Under the pieces are notes generated by a model, which had not been told where the DNA came from, did not search any database, and saw only the letters and a program-made list of their open reading frames with translations. Shown here piece by piece: positions 31,935 through 41,385 of a stretch of 64,000 nt of DNA (within the stretch, counting starts at the first letter, position 1; the number at the start of each line of letters is the position of its first letter). This DNA is from a virus (lineage: Duplodnaviria; Caudoviricetes), in the IMG/VR virus record IMGVR_UViG_3300026549_000038, positions 32,001 through 96,000 of that record. One strand, given 5' to 3'. The position numbers were made by a program, and so were the translations under genes.

Positions 31935-32348
31935 TTATGCACTTTCTAACACAATTATTTGGTCTGAGCAGATACTTTCATAACTAGACCACTCATTAGG
32001 ACTAAAAATTCCTCGTACAAACCTTGCTCCTTTTGGTATCTTACATTTGAATATTGCTGTTCTTGTTTCTCCGAAATATCCGAAGTTTTCAGTCAAAAAC
32101 CTCTGTGCTGATGCTTGAGATACGAAGGAATGAAATCCTTCTTCAACAACTAGACCTGACCATGTGCTGTCTATTTCAAGAGATGAATTTTCTAAGGTAT
32201 ACAATACATTGAAACTATATTGCACTCCTCGGTAGTATGATAAAAACATAAATCCCCCTGAATGATATACTATTTTGAAGACTTTGTAACAAATGATGTC
32301 TTCTTGTGCTGTTTCAATTTTAGTATTATCTCTTACTGAAAGACACAT
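31935..32348 (-). CDS. Tandem paralog 2 of 5
   Basis: Shared motifs; start moved to MCLSVR. Confidence 0.8.
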   Translation of the reverse strand: MCLSVRDNTKIETAQEDIICYKVFKIVYHSGGFMFLSYYRGVQYSFNVLYTLENSSLEIDSTWSGLVVEEGFHSFVSQASAQRFLTENFGYFGETRTAIFKCKIPKGARFVRGIFSPNEWSSYESICSDQIIVLESA

Positions 32349-32350
32349 AA

Positions 32351-32764
32351 CTAAACTTCCTCCAATACTATTATTCGTTCTGAACATATACTGTTAAAAT
32401 GCTCTCCAAAGTCGTTGAAAACCCCCACTGCATAACTTGTTCCTGCAGGAATCAAGCACTTTACCACCACATATTTGTAGTTGATAAGATTTAACAACGT
32501 TGCATATGTCTGTAGGCCTGACTTTAAGCGTTCTGCTTCTTGTTCATTAGAAACAGAATGAAATCCTTCTTCTACGCATGGTCCTATTGCAAATATGTGT
32601 TTTACTGTTATAGGAGTTTCTGACACACGCATGGTGCCACATTTATAGCGCATATTCTGATAAGGGGATGTTAAAATCTCACCCCATTTCTCCATTACCT
32701 TATAACAAATGATATCTTCTTTCGCTACTTTTATTCCTGATTTTTCAGTTAAATACAAACACAT
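32351..32764 (-). CDS. Tandem paralog 1 of 5
   Basis: Shared motifs. Confidence 0.8.
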   Translation of the reverse strand: MCLYLTEKSGIKVAKEDIICYKVMEKWGEILTSPYQNMRYKCGTMRVSETPITVKHIFAIGPCVEEGFHSVSNEQEAERLKSGLQTYATLLNLINYKYVVVKCLIPAGTSYAVGVFNDFGEHFNSICSERIIVLEEV

Positions 32765-32766
32765 AT

Positions 32767-33132
32767 CTAAATCAAATTGTTAAGACAATACTTTATTCCT
32801 GCTTCAGCTGCTTCTTCGTAAGTGATATATATTGTATTGGATTCATATTCGCTAACTTGGGATGGGAAATTTACAATCTCAAACCACCACTTATCACATG
32901 TTGGTGAATTTTGATGATATGGATATATTTCAAGTTTATGCACATCTCTTAACCACCTCATTGCCATTTGGAGAGTAGGCGCTAAAATAGAATTCGTAGG
33001 GTTGTTCATAATCAGTATACCTGTGGGAGCATATGTGTTGAACCCATAATTTACGGGAACTAAACTATCGTCAAACCCCTTCTCTTTTAATAGTTTTGCT
33101 GTTTCAAAACTTACGTAATCTTCTGTAATCAT
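32767..33132 (-). CDS. Bacteroidota-phage-type hypothetical protein
   Basis: EDYVSFETAKLLKEKGF...APTLQMAMRWLR...TYEEA pattern. Confidence 0.7.
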   Translation of the reverse strand: MITEDYVSFETAKLLKEKGFDDSLVPVNYGFNTYAPTGILIMNNPTNSILAPTLQMAMRWLRDVHKLEIYPYHQNSPTCDKWWFEIVNFPSQVSEYESNTIYITYEEAAEAGIKYCLNNLI

Positions 33133-33180
33133 AACTCAAGTTCTTTACCAATTCTGCTCATATGTTATTTTTTGTTGGGT

Positions 33181-33867
33181 TTATTTCAACAACGCGAAAT
33201 AATCCTTAATCCAGTCTGAATTAATATATGTATTTATGCCGAGATTTCTCATGGTTTTAGTAATATTGATGTACCGAAGCATATATTTGTCGTATGGTTG
33301 ATGATTCTTATATTTTTTATACATGCTCAATCTTGCACTGAACTGTTTATTCCTCCATCTTTGAATCTCGACCTTTGTGAGATTACAAGAATCCACGTTT
33401 TTTTGAGGTTTAAATAATGACTCAATATCTTTATCAGTCAAGAGGAGATCTCTCAAATTTTCGCTGGTTTTGTTTGATTTATCAATAGATTTCGCTGGTT
33501 TAAGCTTCTTAGATTTCGGCTTTCCTGCATCTTTGCGCTTCATCCTTGGTTTCTTAATCAGTTTTTTGTCTATGATATACGGCACAACCTCTTTATATAT
33601 CTTACCCCAGTCCCAATCCCCGTTGGAGAAGATGTCGCTGTTCTTCCAAGAAAATGTTTTAACAACATCATCCCCTCGATACAAATCAAATTCAGTAACC
33701 CCGGTTTTCTCATTTGTCTCTAAGGCACCTGCGAGATTTCCAGCATCACAGAATACCTCCCAGCATCGGTTCCATGAAATATCAGCCAATGGTACTTCCT
33801 GATTTAAAGCGTATGTCATTTTTCTGTATGGAAGATCTGCTCGTTTTGTATATACTTCGTGTTCCAT
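33181..33867 (-). CDS. Basic hypothetical protein
   Basis: 228 aa with promoter motif upstream (33899-33928). Confidence 0.6.
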   Translation of the reverse strand: MEHEVYTKRADLPYRKMTYALNQEVPLADISWNRCWEVFCDAGNLAGALETNEKTGVTEFDLYRGDDVVKTFSWKNSDIFSNGDWDWGKIYKEVVPYIIDKKLIKKPRMKRKDAGKPKSKKLKPAKSIDKSNKTSENLRDLLLTDKDIESLFKPQKNVDSCNLTKVEIQRWRNKQFSARLSMYKKYKNHQPYDKYMLRYINITKTMRNLGINTYINSDWIKDYFALLK

Positions 33868-33945
33868 TAATGTTTTCCGTTAAGACTATTGTTATGATTA
33901 TATATAACAAGATTTATAAAAAATTTAGTAGAATGACGTATAAAT

Positions 33946-35286
33946 TTAAACCGTTCTTCCGTGTTCATACACGTATTTCAAGATAGGAAACCTGAGCGAG
34001 TATTCTCCTGTTTTCTTGTCCATAGTCTCTTCAAAATATTGCACTGTGATGGTTTTTCCGACGATCAAATTGCGGTCTTTTCTCCAGGCTATTCTCTGTT
34101 CCTTGCTGAGCCCGCTACCTACCTTCACTACATTTCCTTTATACCTTATACACAGAGCAGAGATTACATCGTATGTCTTCGTTCCTCCTTCGTTATATAC
34201 GGCTTGACCTTCTATCACGTCTTCCACTACAAATTCTGCGTCTTGCATCTTCTTTACTTTGATCAAGTCTTTGGTTCTGCCGGATTTGTATGGAACGTTC
34301 TTTCTAAGCATTAGGCCTTCCCATCCTTCTTTTTTAACTATCTCCTGAGCCTGATTAAACTGCTCTTCTGTCAGCAAAAGATCTTGCTTGAGAACTTCCA
34401 CATCGCTCGGAGTTCCGGATTCATAGTAGAGTTCACACATGTTCTGATATCTGATAGAAAAATCCGGACTTGTTGCCTGCCCAAGAAACTCATCATATTT
34501 TACTATATCGAACCACATAAATTTTGGGTTTGAAATGGTGTGGTTCTTTCTTGTCACTTCACTCATCAGACCGCGGAAGTTCTCCTGGTCCTTTTCATCT
34601 ATCAAACACACTTCTCCGTCGAGTACCCAATGCCCGTTGAGCATTTCTGTTATTTTTTTGATGGATGGGATGAGATTGTCTAACGTATTGAATTCCTTGC
34701 CTTGTCTGGAAATGAATTTAACTTCCTGATTCAAATTTCCATCTGGCTGTATCTCGTTGATAATGTGAATGTTACATCTGCAACCATCGAGCTTTCTGCT
34801 CATGTAATATGTTCCATCGAATATATCTACTCCTTTGACATCCTGGAGTTTCTCTGCAAGAGCCACCTGATACTTCTTTATAGCTTGTATTCCAACAGCA
34901 TTGTTATAGTTATCAAGACTGACACCTATTTTCAGATTGCGATCGAGGATTCTTGCAAGTATGTCGCGATCTTCCGCAACGAAACTTCCTATAGTCTCTT
35001 CAACCCAGTCTATTGCGGCTTGGCCCGTGACCTCTCTTTTGGAAAGCGAGATGAGCATGTCATGAAAGACGGCGTAATTCTCATCTATAGTGTTCACTCC
35101 TAAGATATCCGGATGTGGCATTTCAAACTTCTTTACATAATACTTCTTGCTTTTGTCATAAGTATCTTCAAAGATTTGATGCAACAGTTCTGAATTGTGG
35201 GCTTGTATCAGCGTCTTCTTGTCTGTTGCACCGGGAGTAGCAGCGATGATAGAAAATAAGTCTCGAATGTTCGGATAGATATTCAT
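33946..35286 (-). CDS. lig: ATP-dependent DNA ligase
   Basis: KLDGCR, LDGEV, EGLMLR, IKVK, VGSG, SLRFP motifs. Confidence 0.93.
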   Translation of the reverse strand: MNIYPNIRDLFSIIAATPGATDKKTLIQAHNSELLHQIFEDTYDKSKKYYVKKFEMPHPDILGVNTIDENYAVFHDMLISLSKREVTGQAAIDWVEETIGSFVAEDRDILARILDRNLKIGVSLDNYNNAVGIQAIKKYQVALAEKLQDVKGVDIFDGTYYMSRKLDGCRCNIHIINEIQPDGNLNQEVKFISRQGKEFNTLDNLIPSIKKITEMLNGHWVLDGEVCLIDEKDQENFRGLMSEVTRKNHTISNPKFMWFDIVKYDEFLGQATSPDFSIRYQNMCELYYESGTPSDVEVLKQDLLLTEEQFNQAQEIVKKEGWEGLMLRKNVPYKSGRTKDLIKVKKMQDAEFVVEDVIEGQAVYNEGGTKTYDVISALCIRYKGNVVKVGSGLSKEQRIAWRKDRNLIVGKTITVQYFEETMDKKTGEYSLRFPILKYVYEHGRTV

Positions 35287-35297
35287 ATTAATATTTA

Positions 35298-35507
35298 TTA
35301 AAGTACTTTAATTACTGCATAAACCACGCACATTATTATAAAAATTCCAAATAATATACCACCGATCACCAATATTCTTGTGAGTGAATCCATACCCCTC
35401 CAACCGTTCTCTCTAATGACCTGTACTATTATCCAAGTTCCTAGCCCCAACGGGAACAAACTCAGCAGTGATACAAAAACGTAAAGTATAATTCTGAAAG
35501 TTGCCAT
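35298..35507 (-). CDS. Small two-TM protein
   Basis: Two hydrophobic helices. Confidence 0.55.
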   Translation of the reverse strand: MATFRIILYVFVSLLSLFPLGLGTWIIVQVIRENGWRGMDSLTRILVIGGILFGIFIIMCVVYAVIKVL

Positions 35508-35636
35508 AGTTGTATGTTTTATAGCTGGTAATTATTTATGTTTATATATAATAGAAATCTCAGAAAATTTAGAAAAAATAAGTTAAAAAACCTAGGCGGT
35601 CTTCAGCCGCCTAGATGAATTAACTATTTCAACAGT

Positions 35637-36053
35637 TTAACTTTGATTTTTAATATATTCTAATACTTTATTTTCTGATACATTTCCTATAGTGGTTATA
35701 AAATAGGATTCAGACCATAATCGTTTTTTATTAGTCCAATAAAATTTCTTTAAATAATCATAATTGTTTCTATATAGGTAGTTTGTAGTATATTGTTTTA
35801 ATCTATTTACTGTTTGAGATATACTATATTTTGGAGGAAATGATATTAATAAATGAATATGATTTTTATCTAAATTCATTAAATGTATTTTTATATCAGA
35901 ATGTAAAGCACATTGATTAAATGATTCTAATACATCATTTTTTATTTGTTGTAAACAACTCCTTCTATATTTGGTTGTCAATATAAGATGATATCTTAAT
36001 CTAGTTTTTGAATGCCTATAACATTCATATATCATTTTCTGATCTTTATTCAT
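35637..36053 (-). CDS. tnpA: IS200/IS605 Y1 transposase
   Basis: YHLILTTKYRR, HIHLL (HUH), LWSESY, EYIKNQ. Confidence 0.92.
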   Translation of the reverse strand: MNKDQKMIYECYRHSKTRLRYHLILTTKYRRSCLQQIKNDVLESFNQCALHSDIKIHLMNLDKNHIHLLISFPPKYSISQTVNRLKQYTTNYLYRNNYDYLKKFYWTNKKRLWSESYFITTIGNVSENKVLEYIKNQS

Positions 36054-36130
36054 ACTAAAATGTTTTTTATAATAAATTTAAAATGTTAGTAGTGTGTCTT
36101 TATTATATAAATATAAGATAATTCATTTAA

Positions 36131-37390
36131 ATGTTAAAAGAAGAGAAAAATAAAATATTAAAAGAAGCTATAAGTGCTACTCGCTCTAAGCGAGCTCTTC
36201 AAACATGTAAAACATTTAAATTTAAAATAGATAAATCATCCCTTTCTAAAGAACAAAAAGAATCCATTAAAATGTTCTTTGTTGAGGCAAAAAGAACATA
36301 CAATTATATATTAAATGATATAAATAATGGAGTTGATTTATTTGAATATGATTATAAAAAATTAAATCATATAACATATCTCGATAAAGATAAGAATCTT
36401 ATAGAATATGATAATAAATATATTAAAACGTCAGTTATTCAAGAAATAATAGCTGGTATGAAATATTCTATAAAAGGACTTTCAGCTTCGAAGAAAAACG
36501 GTAATAAAATTGGTGCTTTAAGATTTAAATCCGAATGTAATAGTATTAGTTTAAAACAATATGGTGTCACACATTCCATAAAAGGAAATAGAATTAAAAT
36601 ACAAGGTATTAAAAAACCAATAAGAGTAAACGGGTTAAAACAATTAAATCAATATGAAAATATAGATTATACCGTTGCTAATCTATTATATGATGGGTAT
36701 GATTACTTTATATCATTAACATGTTATATAGATAAAGAAAATAAGATAAAAAATAATAATATAATAGGAATCGATCTTGGTTGTGAAACTACTGTAACAA
36801 CTTCTGATGGTGGAAAGATGAAAATAACAATTGAAGAAAGTGAACGATTAAAAGGATTACAAGCCCGTCTTGCTACTCAAACAAAGCGTTCTAACAATTG
36901 GTATAAAACAGTTTCTAAAATCAGAAAAGAATACAATAGGATAAACAACAAAAAAGAAGATATCTCTAATAAGATAGTTAATAAGTTAACTCAAAACAGT
37001 ATTGTTGTCATGCAGGACGATCAAATAAATGAATGGCATGAAAGTGAACATATTTCTAGGACAGTACAACATTCTATTATCGGACGTATAAAATCCAAAT
37101 TAAAGAAGTGCGATAATGTTATTGTGTTGGATCAATGGTTCCCGACTACAAAACACTGTTTTGATTGTGGACATGATAATAATTTATCACTATCTGATAG
37201 AATATTTATATGCCCTCATTGTGGTGTTGAATATGATAGGGATGTACATGCTGCTAATAACATGATTGATTACTATATAAAAATAAAGTCGGCAGGAACT
37301 GTCGACTTAAAGCCTGGGAGAAAGGTTATTTATAGTAAATATAAGTATCTTTTCGAGCAGGAAGCTCAGTCGCCTTTAGCGGCTGAGTAG
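36131..37390 (+). CDS. tnpB: RNA-guided TnpB-family protein
   Basis: IGIDLG (RuvC-I), PTTKHCFDCG..CPHCG Zn finger, DRDVHAANN (RuvC-III). Confidence 0.9.
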   Translation: MLKEEKNKILKEAISATRSKRALQTCKTFKFKIDKSSLSKEQKESIKMFFVEAKRTYNYILNDINNGVDLFEYDYKKLNHITYLDKDKNLIEYDNKYIKTSVIQEIIAGMKYSIKGLSASKKNGNKIGALRFKSECNSISLKQYGVTHSIKGNRIKIQGIKKPIRVNGLKQLNQYENIDYTVANLLYDGYDYFISLTCYIDKENKIKNNNIIGIDLGCETTVTTSDGGKMKITIEESERLKGLQARLATQTKRSNNWYKTVSKIRKEYNRINNKKEDISNKIVNKLTQNSIVVMQDDQINEWHESEHISRTVQHSIIGRIKSKLKKCDNVIVLDQWFPTTKHCFDCGHDNNLSLSDRIFICPHCGVEYDRDVHAANNMIDYYIKIKSAGTVDLKPGRKVIYSKYKYLFEQEAQSPLAAE

Positions 37391-37542
37391 TTCACTGATT
37401 TGAAATAAAAAAGAGAACCCGATCGTAATCAGGTTCTCTCGTGACAATATCCTGTCAAGTAAAGGGGTTACTTTAGAACACCATAATGACGGATATCAAA
37501 AGAAACGCAAGCGTTAAACCCCTCCAGCATATAAATAATAAT

Positions 37543-38364
37543 CTACACTCCTCGTTTTGTATCCCAGATTCTAATATGAAGTCTATCACTATACCCCCAG
37601 CCGTTCTCCAGTGCTTTCTCAGCAGTCTCGAGGCAAGCCGCATCGATATCTTCCTTAGTTATTCCTTCAGGCATTAAAAGTGTGTAGTTGTTTGGGTGGT
37701 TTCTCATCCACCAACGGAGCTGTGCACTGTCCCCCATGTCCACATGCTTGCTCATCAGAGCATAGATTTCTTTTATCTCGTCTATGCATTCTGGTCCGCT
37801 ATAAACAAACTTCATCTGATATGGAACCCCGGTACTGACTATATTAAATAAGACTTTTGGATTGATTCTCGAGCGATTGTGATTGTCTATTTGCTCTTGC
37901 GAAAGGATAGTTGTATCTTTGGCTACACTAGTACTAAGTTTTGGGCTAATGCTATAAAGACTCACCTTGTAATTTCGGGCAAGCGGATTCAGTGGCATCT
38001 GCGTTCCATTAGTTTCTATGGTAACTATCCAGTCCTTAATAGTGAATGCTCGTCCAAGAAATTCTTCCAATGCCTTATGATGCAGAAGCGGTTCTCCGCC
38101 AGTAATCACAAGATGCTTTACTTTTTGATGCTTATTAACGATTTCCTTCATCTTTTGAAGAGCTTCATCTTCACTATACGAAGGTTTCTCTGGGTTGAAA
38201 CTACTATATGGTGTATCACAACGCGTATGTCCAAACACACATCTCAGATTACACCCGCTCGTGCGGATAAAAATAGAAGGCTGCCCTGCATAAATTCCTT
38301 CTCCTTGAATACTATAAAACAATTCTATAATAGGAAGCATATTAATTATGTTATTTTTTGTCAT
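37543..38364 (-). CDS. queE: 7-carboxy-7-deazaguanine synthase (radical SAM)
   Basis: ELFYSIQGEG, GCNLRC-x5-RCDT, ITGGEP, IETNG, SISPKL, RLH motifs. Confidence 0.93.
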   Translation of the reverse strand: MTKNNIINMLPIIELFYSIQGEGIYAGQPSIFIRTSGCNLRCVFGHTRCDTPYSSFNPEKPSYSEDEALQKMKEIVNKHQKVKHLVITGGEPLLHHKALEEFLGRAFTIKDWIVTIETNGTQMPLNPLARNYKVSLYSISPKLSTSVAKDTTILSQEQIDNHNRSRINPKVLFNIVSTGVPYQMKFVYSGPECIDEIKEIYALMSKHVDMGDSAQLRWWMRNHPNNYTLLMPEGITKEDIDAACLETAEKALENGWGYSDRLHIRIWDTKRGV

Positions 38365-38914
38365 TTGCTTTTCTGTCGTCGTACTCAAATACTCCTTTCT
38401 CCTTTTTGTAATTGTTCAAAAGCTCGCGTCTTTCGTCATAGAAGTTGCTCTGCTGGTAGATGTTTATATGTTCCCAATCAGCGTCTACCCAGCAGTTCGG
38501 TGTCTCGTACAATCGAACACTTTTCAACCAGATGTTGTCAGTGTTCATCAAAAGACTGATAGCCATGAAAAGCTCTTTAGATATATGTTCCGCGCTGGGG
38601 TTACAATAATTGGTCCCGTTGAGAGACATCTTCCAGAGTTTTAACCCCATTTCATTAATTACTTTGATCAATTTCTCATCTTTCGGGTTGGCAATCATCC
38701 CATGATCAAAATAATCATCAATAAAAGCACATGCAACTCTTTTAATTTCTTTGAAGTCGATAGCATATCCAAGACCTTCTTCTTCCTTGAATTCAAAAGT
38801 TAACTCATAGTCAAATCTATGACCGTGTAGATTAAAACATTTCACTCGTTCATTCATCACTCTGTGAGCGGCATCGAACGATCCTTTTCTTGTAATTGTT
38901 TGATAAATTCCCAT
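38351..38914 (-). CDS. queD: 6-carboxytetrahydropterin synthase
   Basis: FDAAHR, CFNLHGH, DFKEIK, FDH, NPSAE, LYETP motifs. Confidence 0.92.
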   Translation of the reverse strand: MGIYQTITRKGSFDAAHRVMNERVKCFNLHGHRFDYELTFEFKEEEGLGYAIDFKEIKRVACAFIDDYFDHGMIANPKDEKLIKVINEMGLKLWKMSLNGTNYCNPSAEHISKELFMAISLLMNTDNIWLKSVRLYETPNCWVDADWEHINIYQQSNFYDERRELLNNYKKEKGVFEYDDRKANDKK

Positions 38915-38944
38915 ATTATAATATATTTTAACAGTCTGAGTTAT

Positions 38945-39127
38945 TTATCTGTATTTGTATTTAAAGTTTATATATACTGTAAATACCAACCAATCGAAAA
39001 TGAGATACCTGTCTCCCCAGTCGTTCTCCCACCGAAGAGAAGGCAAGAAATAGAATGTCACGTGCTTGCATGCTTTGTTACATTTTCTTCTCTCAAACCA
39101 AACGCGTCTAACTCCTAGCATTTTCAT
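38945..39127 (-). CDS. Hypothetical protein
   Basis: Overlaps the thyX end, same strand. Confidence 0.4.
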   Translation of the reverse strand: MKMLGVRRVWFERRKCNKACKHVTFYFLPSLRWENDWGDRYLIFDWLVFTVYINFKYKYR

Positions 39128-39704
39128 GGTTTTCTATGGCTTCTTTTCTATATTCTTGCAAGCGTTTTACATACTCTGGAGTTTTATAATATCCGCAGCT
39201 TTTCAATTCTGGACAGAACCCGCGGTAGATGCATTCAGGAACCATTTTCGATGCAAGAACCGGGTCTATATCCTGTATTGCTGCTTTGACCTGTTTCCAA
39301 GCTTCTCGTGTTTCGGGAGAAGCACAACTACAGAGTCTTTTTCTTGAAATGTTTATCAATGATTGTGCGTTGGCAGACATAAGCATGTCATTCAAAGATC
39401 CTTGGGGCATCTCGTCTCTCGAAACTGGATTTTCTCTTCGATCGTCTCTTTGACTGTGCACGAACTTTTCGCAACCTTCGTGGTGTCGAACCAGATGAGT
39501 GGTTACCCATTGTTTTATGTCTTCCCATTTCCAGTCATACTCAACCAGTCTTATAGGAGAATGTTCGGCTAGAAGCATCTTTGCTTCCCAGTCAGAGCTA
39601 ACTTTGTGATTATCAGGCAGTTGCGACTTACCAACAGTCTGCCTGGCGGCGTTCAATGCACGAATCCAAGGTGTAACTTGTTGTATATTAATTACTTTCG
39701 ACAT
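39108..39704 (-). CDS. thyX: Flavin-dependent thymidylate synthase-like protein
   Basis: AEHSP, HLVRH...SQR, RLC..A..ETR, CIYRGFCPE motifs. Confidence 0.75.
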   Translation of the reverse strand: MSKVINIQQVTPWIRALNAARQTVGKSQLPDNHKVSSDWEAKMLLAEHSPIRLVEYDWKWEDIKQWVTTHLVRHHEGCEKFVHSQRDDRRENPVSRDEMPQGSLNDMLMSANAQSLINISRKRLCSCASPETREAWKQVKAAIQDIDPVLASKMVPECIYRGFCPELKSCGYYKTPEYVKRLQEYRKEAIENHENARS

Positions 39705-39709
39705 ATAAA

Positions 39710-39919
39710 TTAAAAATCGTATGTTTCTTCTTTTTCTATATCTCCGAGTTTATCAAATAACTTCCAATCTGTTTTGAAAAAATACTTTCCGTATCCTCCA
39801 TCAACTAACAACTCAAACGAATCATCATATTCTACAACAATTTCTTTTGGTGCACAAATAGATACGTCTGCGTTGTTTTTATTAATCAAAAATACAAAAT
39901 CTGTTATGCCGTCTATCAT
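39710..39919 (-). CDS. Hypothetical protein
   Basis: Operon position. Confidence 0.5.
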   Translation of the reverse strand: MIDGITDFVFLINKNNADVSICAPKEIVVEYDDSFELLVDGGYGKYFFKTDWKLFDKLGDIEKEETYDF

Positions 39920-39940
39920 ATATTATTGAAAATTTAATTG

Positions 39941-40026
39941 TACCGGAGACGGGAATCGAACCCGCACGACCTTTTCGGATCATTGGATTTTAAGTCCAAA
40001 GCGTCTACCTATTCCGCCACCCCGGC
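39941..40026 (-). tRNA. tRNA-Leu(UAA)
   Basis: Full cloverleaf with variable arm, loop CTTAAAA. Confidence 0.95.
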
Positions 40027-40179
40027 TCGTCTATCGAGTGCTTTGAGAACTTTCCTATCGTATTTTCTCTTGTTCTTAACAACTCTTGTAGGTCTTGTAC
40101 TAATAAGCTTCCCGAAGGTTTCAATTTCGAGCTTTCTATCTACAGCCTTTATACTTTTTATGTATGTTCTCTTTCTCAA
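40009..40179 (-). CDS. Small basic protein, ArfA-like candidate (56 aa, TTG start; stop inside tRNA-Leu)
   Basis: MRKRTYIKSIKAVDRKLEIETFGKLISTRPTRVVKNKRKYDRK...; TTGA overlap with the upstream stop. Confidence 0.55.
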   Translation of the reverse strand: MRKRTYIKSIKAVDRKLEIETFGKLISTRPTRVVKNKRKYDRKVLKALDRRAGVAE

Positions 40180-40562
40180 TTTTCGTTGTTTGTAAATGGA
40201 GCCAATAAAGTAATTACATCGTTTAAATTATAAACGTTTATGTTTAACGATTGGTGCTGCTTATTGTCTGTGTTCCCACCAGGGACTGCCAAATACATAA
40301 AATAGCACTGTAAGAACTCATGTTTATTGCCTCCATCTGAATCAGAAACGTATCCAGGTTCTGCTCCCCACGAGAATACAACAGCATGTTGGTCTGCAGG
40401 ATTGATTACATCTTGTCTCTCTCCATTAATGATTATAGTTTGTGTTGTCCCTGGAGTCCACCAGATCTTATACCACCCCTCTAATCCTTTTTCTGGGTCT
40501 TTATGATACATGAATTTACGATCTTTCAACCAGACTTCTATTTGCTTTTTTAATTCTTCCAT
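40176..40562 (-). CDS. Hypothetical protein
   Basis: Operon position. Confidence 0.6.
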   Translation of the reverse strand: MEELKKQIEVWLKDRKFMYHKDPEKGLEGWYKIWWTPGTTQTIIINGERQDVINPADQHAVVFSWGAEPGYVSDSDGGNKHEFLQCYFMYLAVPGGNTDNKQHQSLNINVYNLNDVITLLAPFTNNEN

Positions 40563-40566
40563 CTAT

Positions 40567-41334
40567 CTAAATAGTTAATTTAAAAGTAAACGGATCATAG
40601 GTTGGATGATAATCTTCATCAAGAAGAGAGACATTTCTCATCTTAGTCTCGTGCCCGGAATCAGTCACTATTGTTTCAACTTCGTGAAGTCCCGAGTGGA
40701 CATGCCCGGAAAGTACCCAATCTATCTGTCTTGGCCTAATTGTATCCGCAAGTTCCTGACATCCAAAATTTTTTCCGTAATTCCAGTTACCGTTCTGAGT
40801 AACCAATCCTTGAGATCCTATTCTAGGAGGAGTATGAGTCAACAACACTTCGCATTTCTTCGGAATACGACTAAACTTCTCTACCAGGGTTGAACTGTTT
40901 CCGTAGAATGCCCACCTGCTCAAATCAGGTATCCAAGGAGTCCCATAGAACTTATGCCCTTCTATCACGACGCTACTGTCGCAAAGAAGTTTTACAATAT
41001 GTTGTTTGTATTGATCTAGGTAGAGTTTCTTCAAGATATCAACCCCGGATCTTCGCGAACCTAGTTCTGCGCTTTCAAAAAAGAAATCATGGTTTCCGGG
41101 TATCACCAGAACATGTTTATATCCGTAATCCTTAAGCTTGTCTGTCCACGGAGTAAATTTTTGAAGCAACCAGGACACGGTTTCTAAACCACTCAGCTGA
41201 TATTTTAGCGGTACTATATCCCCACAGATACAGAGAACATCTCCAGCAGGGAAATCTGATACGCTTGGTAGATACCCATGAAGATCACTGATCGCCGTAA
41301 CATTGAGTTCTTTTTTGACTATTTTTTGATCCAT
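40567..41334 (-). CDS. Calcineurin-like metallophosphoesterase
   Basis: SDLHG, GDI, GNHD, THTPP, GHVH motifs. Confidence 0.92.
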   Translation of the reverse strand: MDQKIVKKELNVTAISDLHGYLPSVSDFPAGDVLCICGDIVPLKYQLSGLETVSWLLQKFTPWTDKLKDYGYKHVLVIPGNHDFFFESAELGSRRSGVDILKKLYLDQYKQHIVKLLCDSSVVIEGHKFYGTPWIPDLSRWAFYGNSSTLVEKFSRIPKKCEVLLTHTPPRIGSQGLVTQNGNWNYGKNFGCQELADTIRPRQIDWVLSGHVHSGLHEVETIVTDSGHETKMRNVSLLDEDYHPTYDPFTFKLTI

Positions 41335-41385
41335 ATATAAATATATAAATAGTGCGATATTAATTTAGTTTTAATACCATTTCGT

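Larger units (their letters stand above)
35573..37395. mobile_element. IS200/IS605-family element (divergent tnpA and tnpB); left end approximate
   Basis: Left hairpin CTAGGCGG-TCTTCAG-CCGCCTAG; right hairpin CTCAGTCGC..GCGGCTGAG then TAGTTCAC; more AT-rich than its flanks. Confidence 0.85.
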
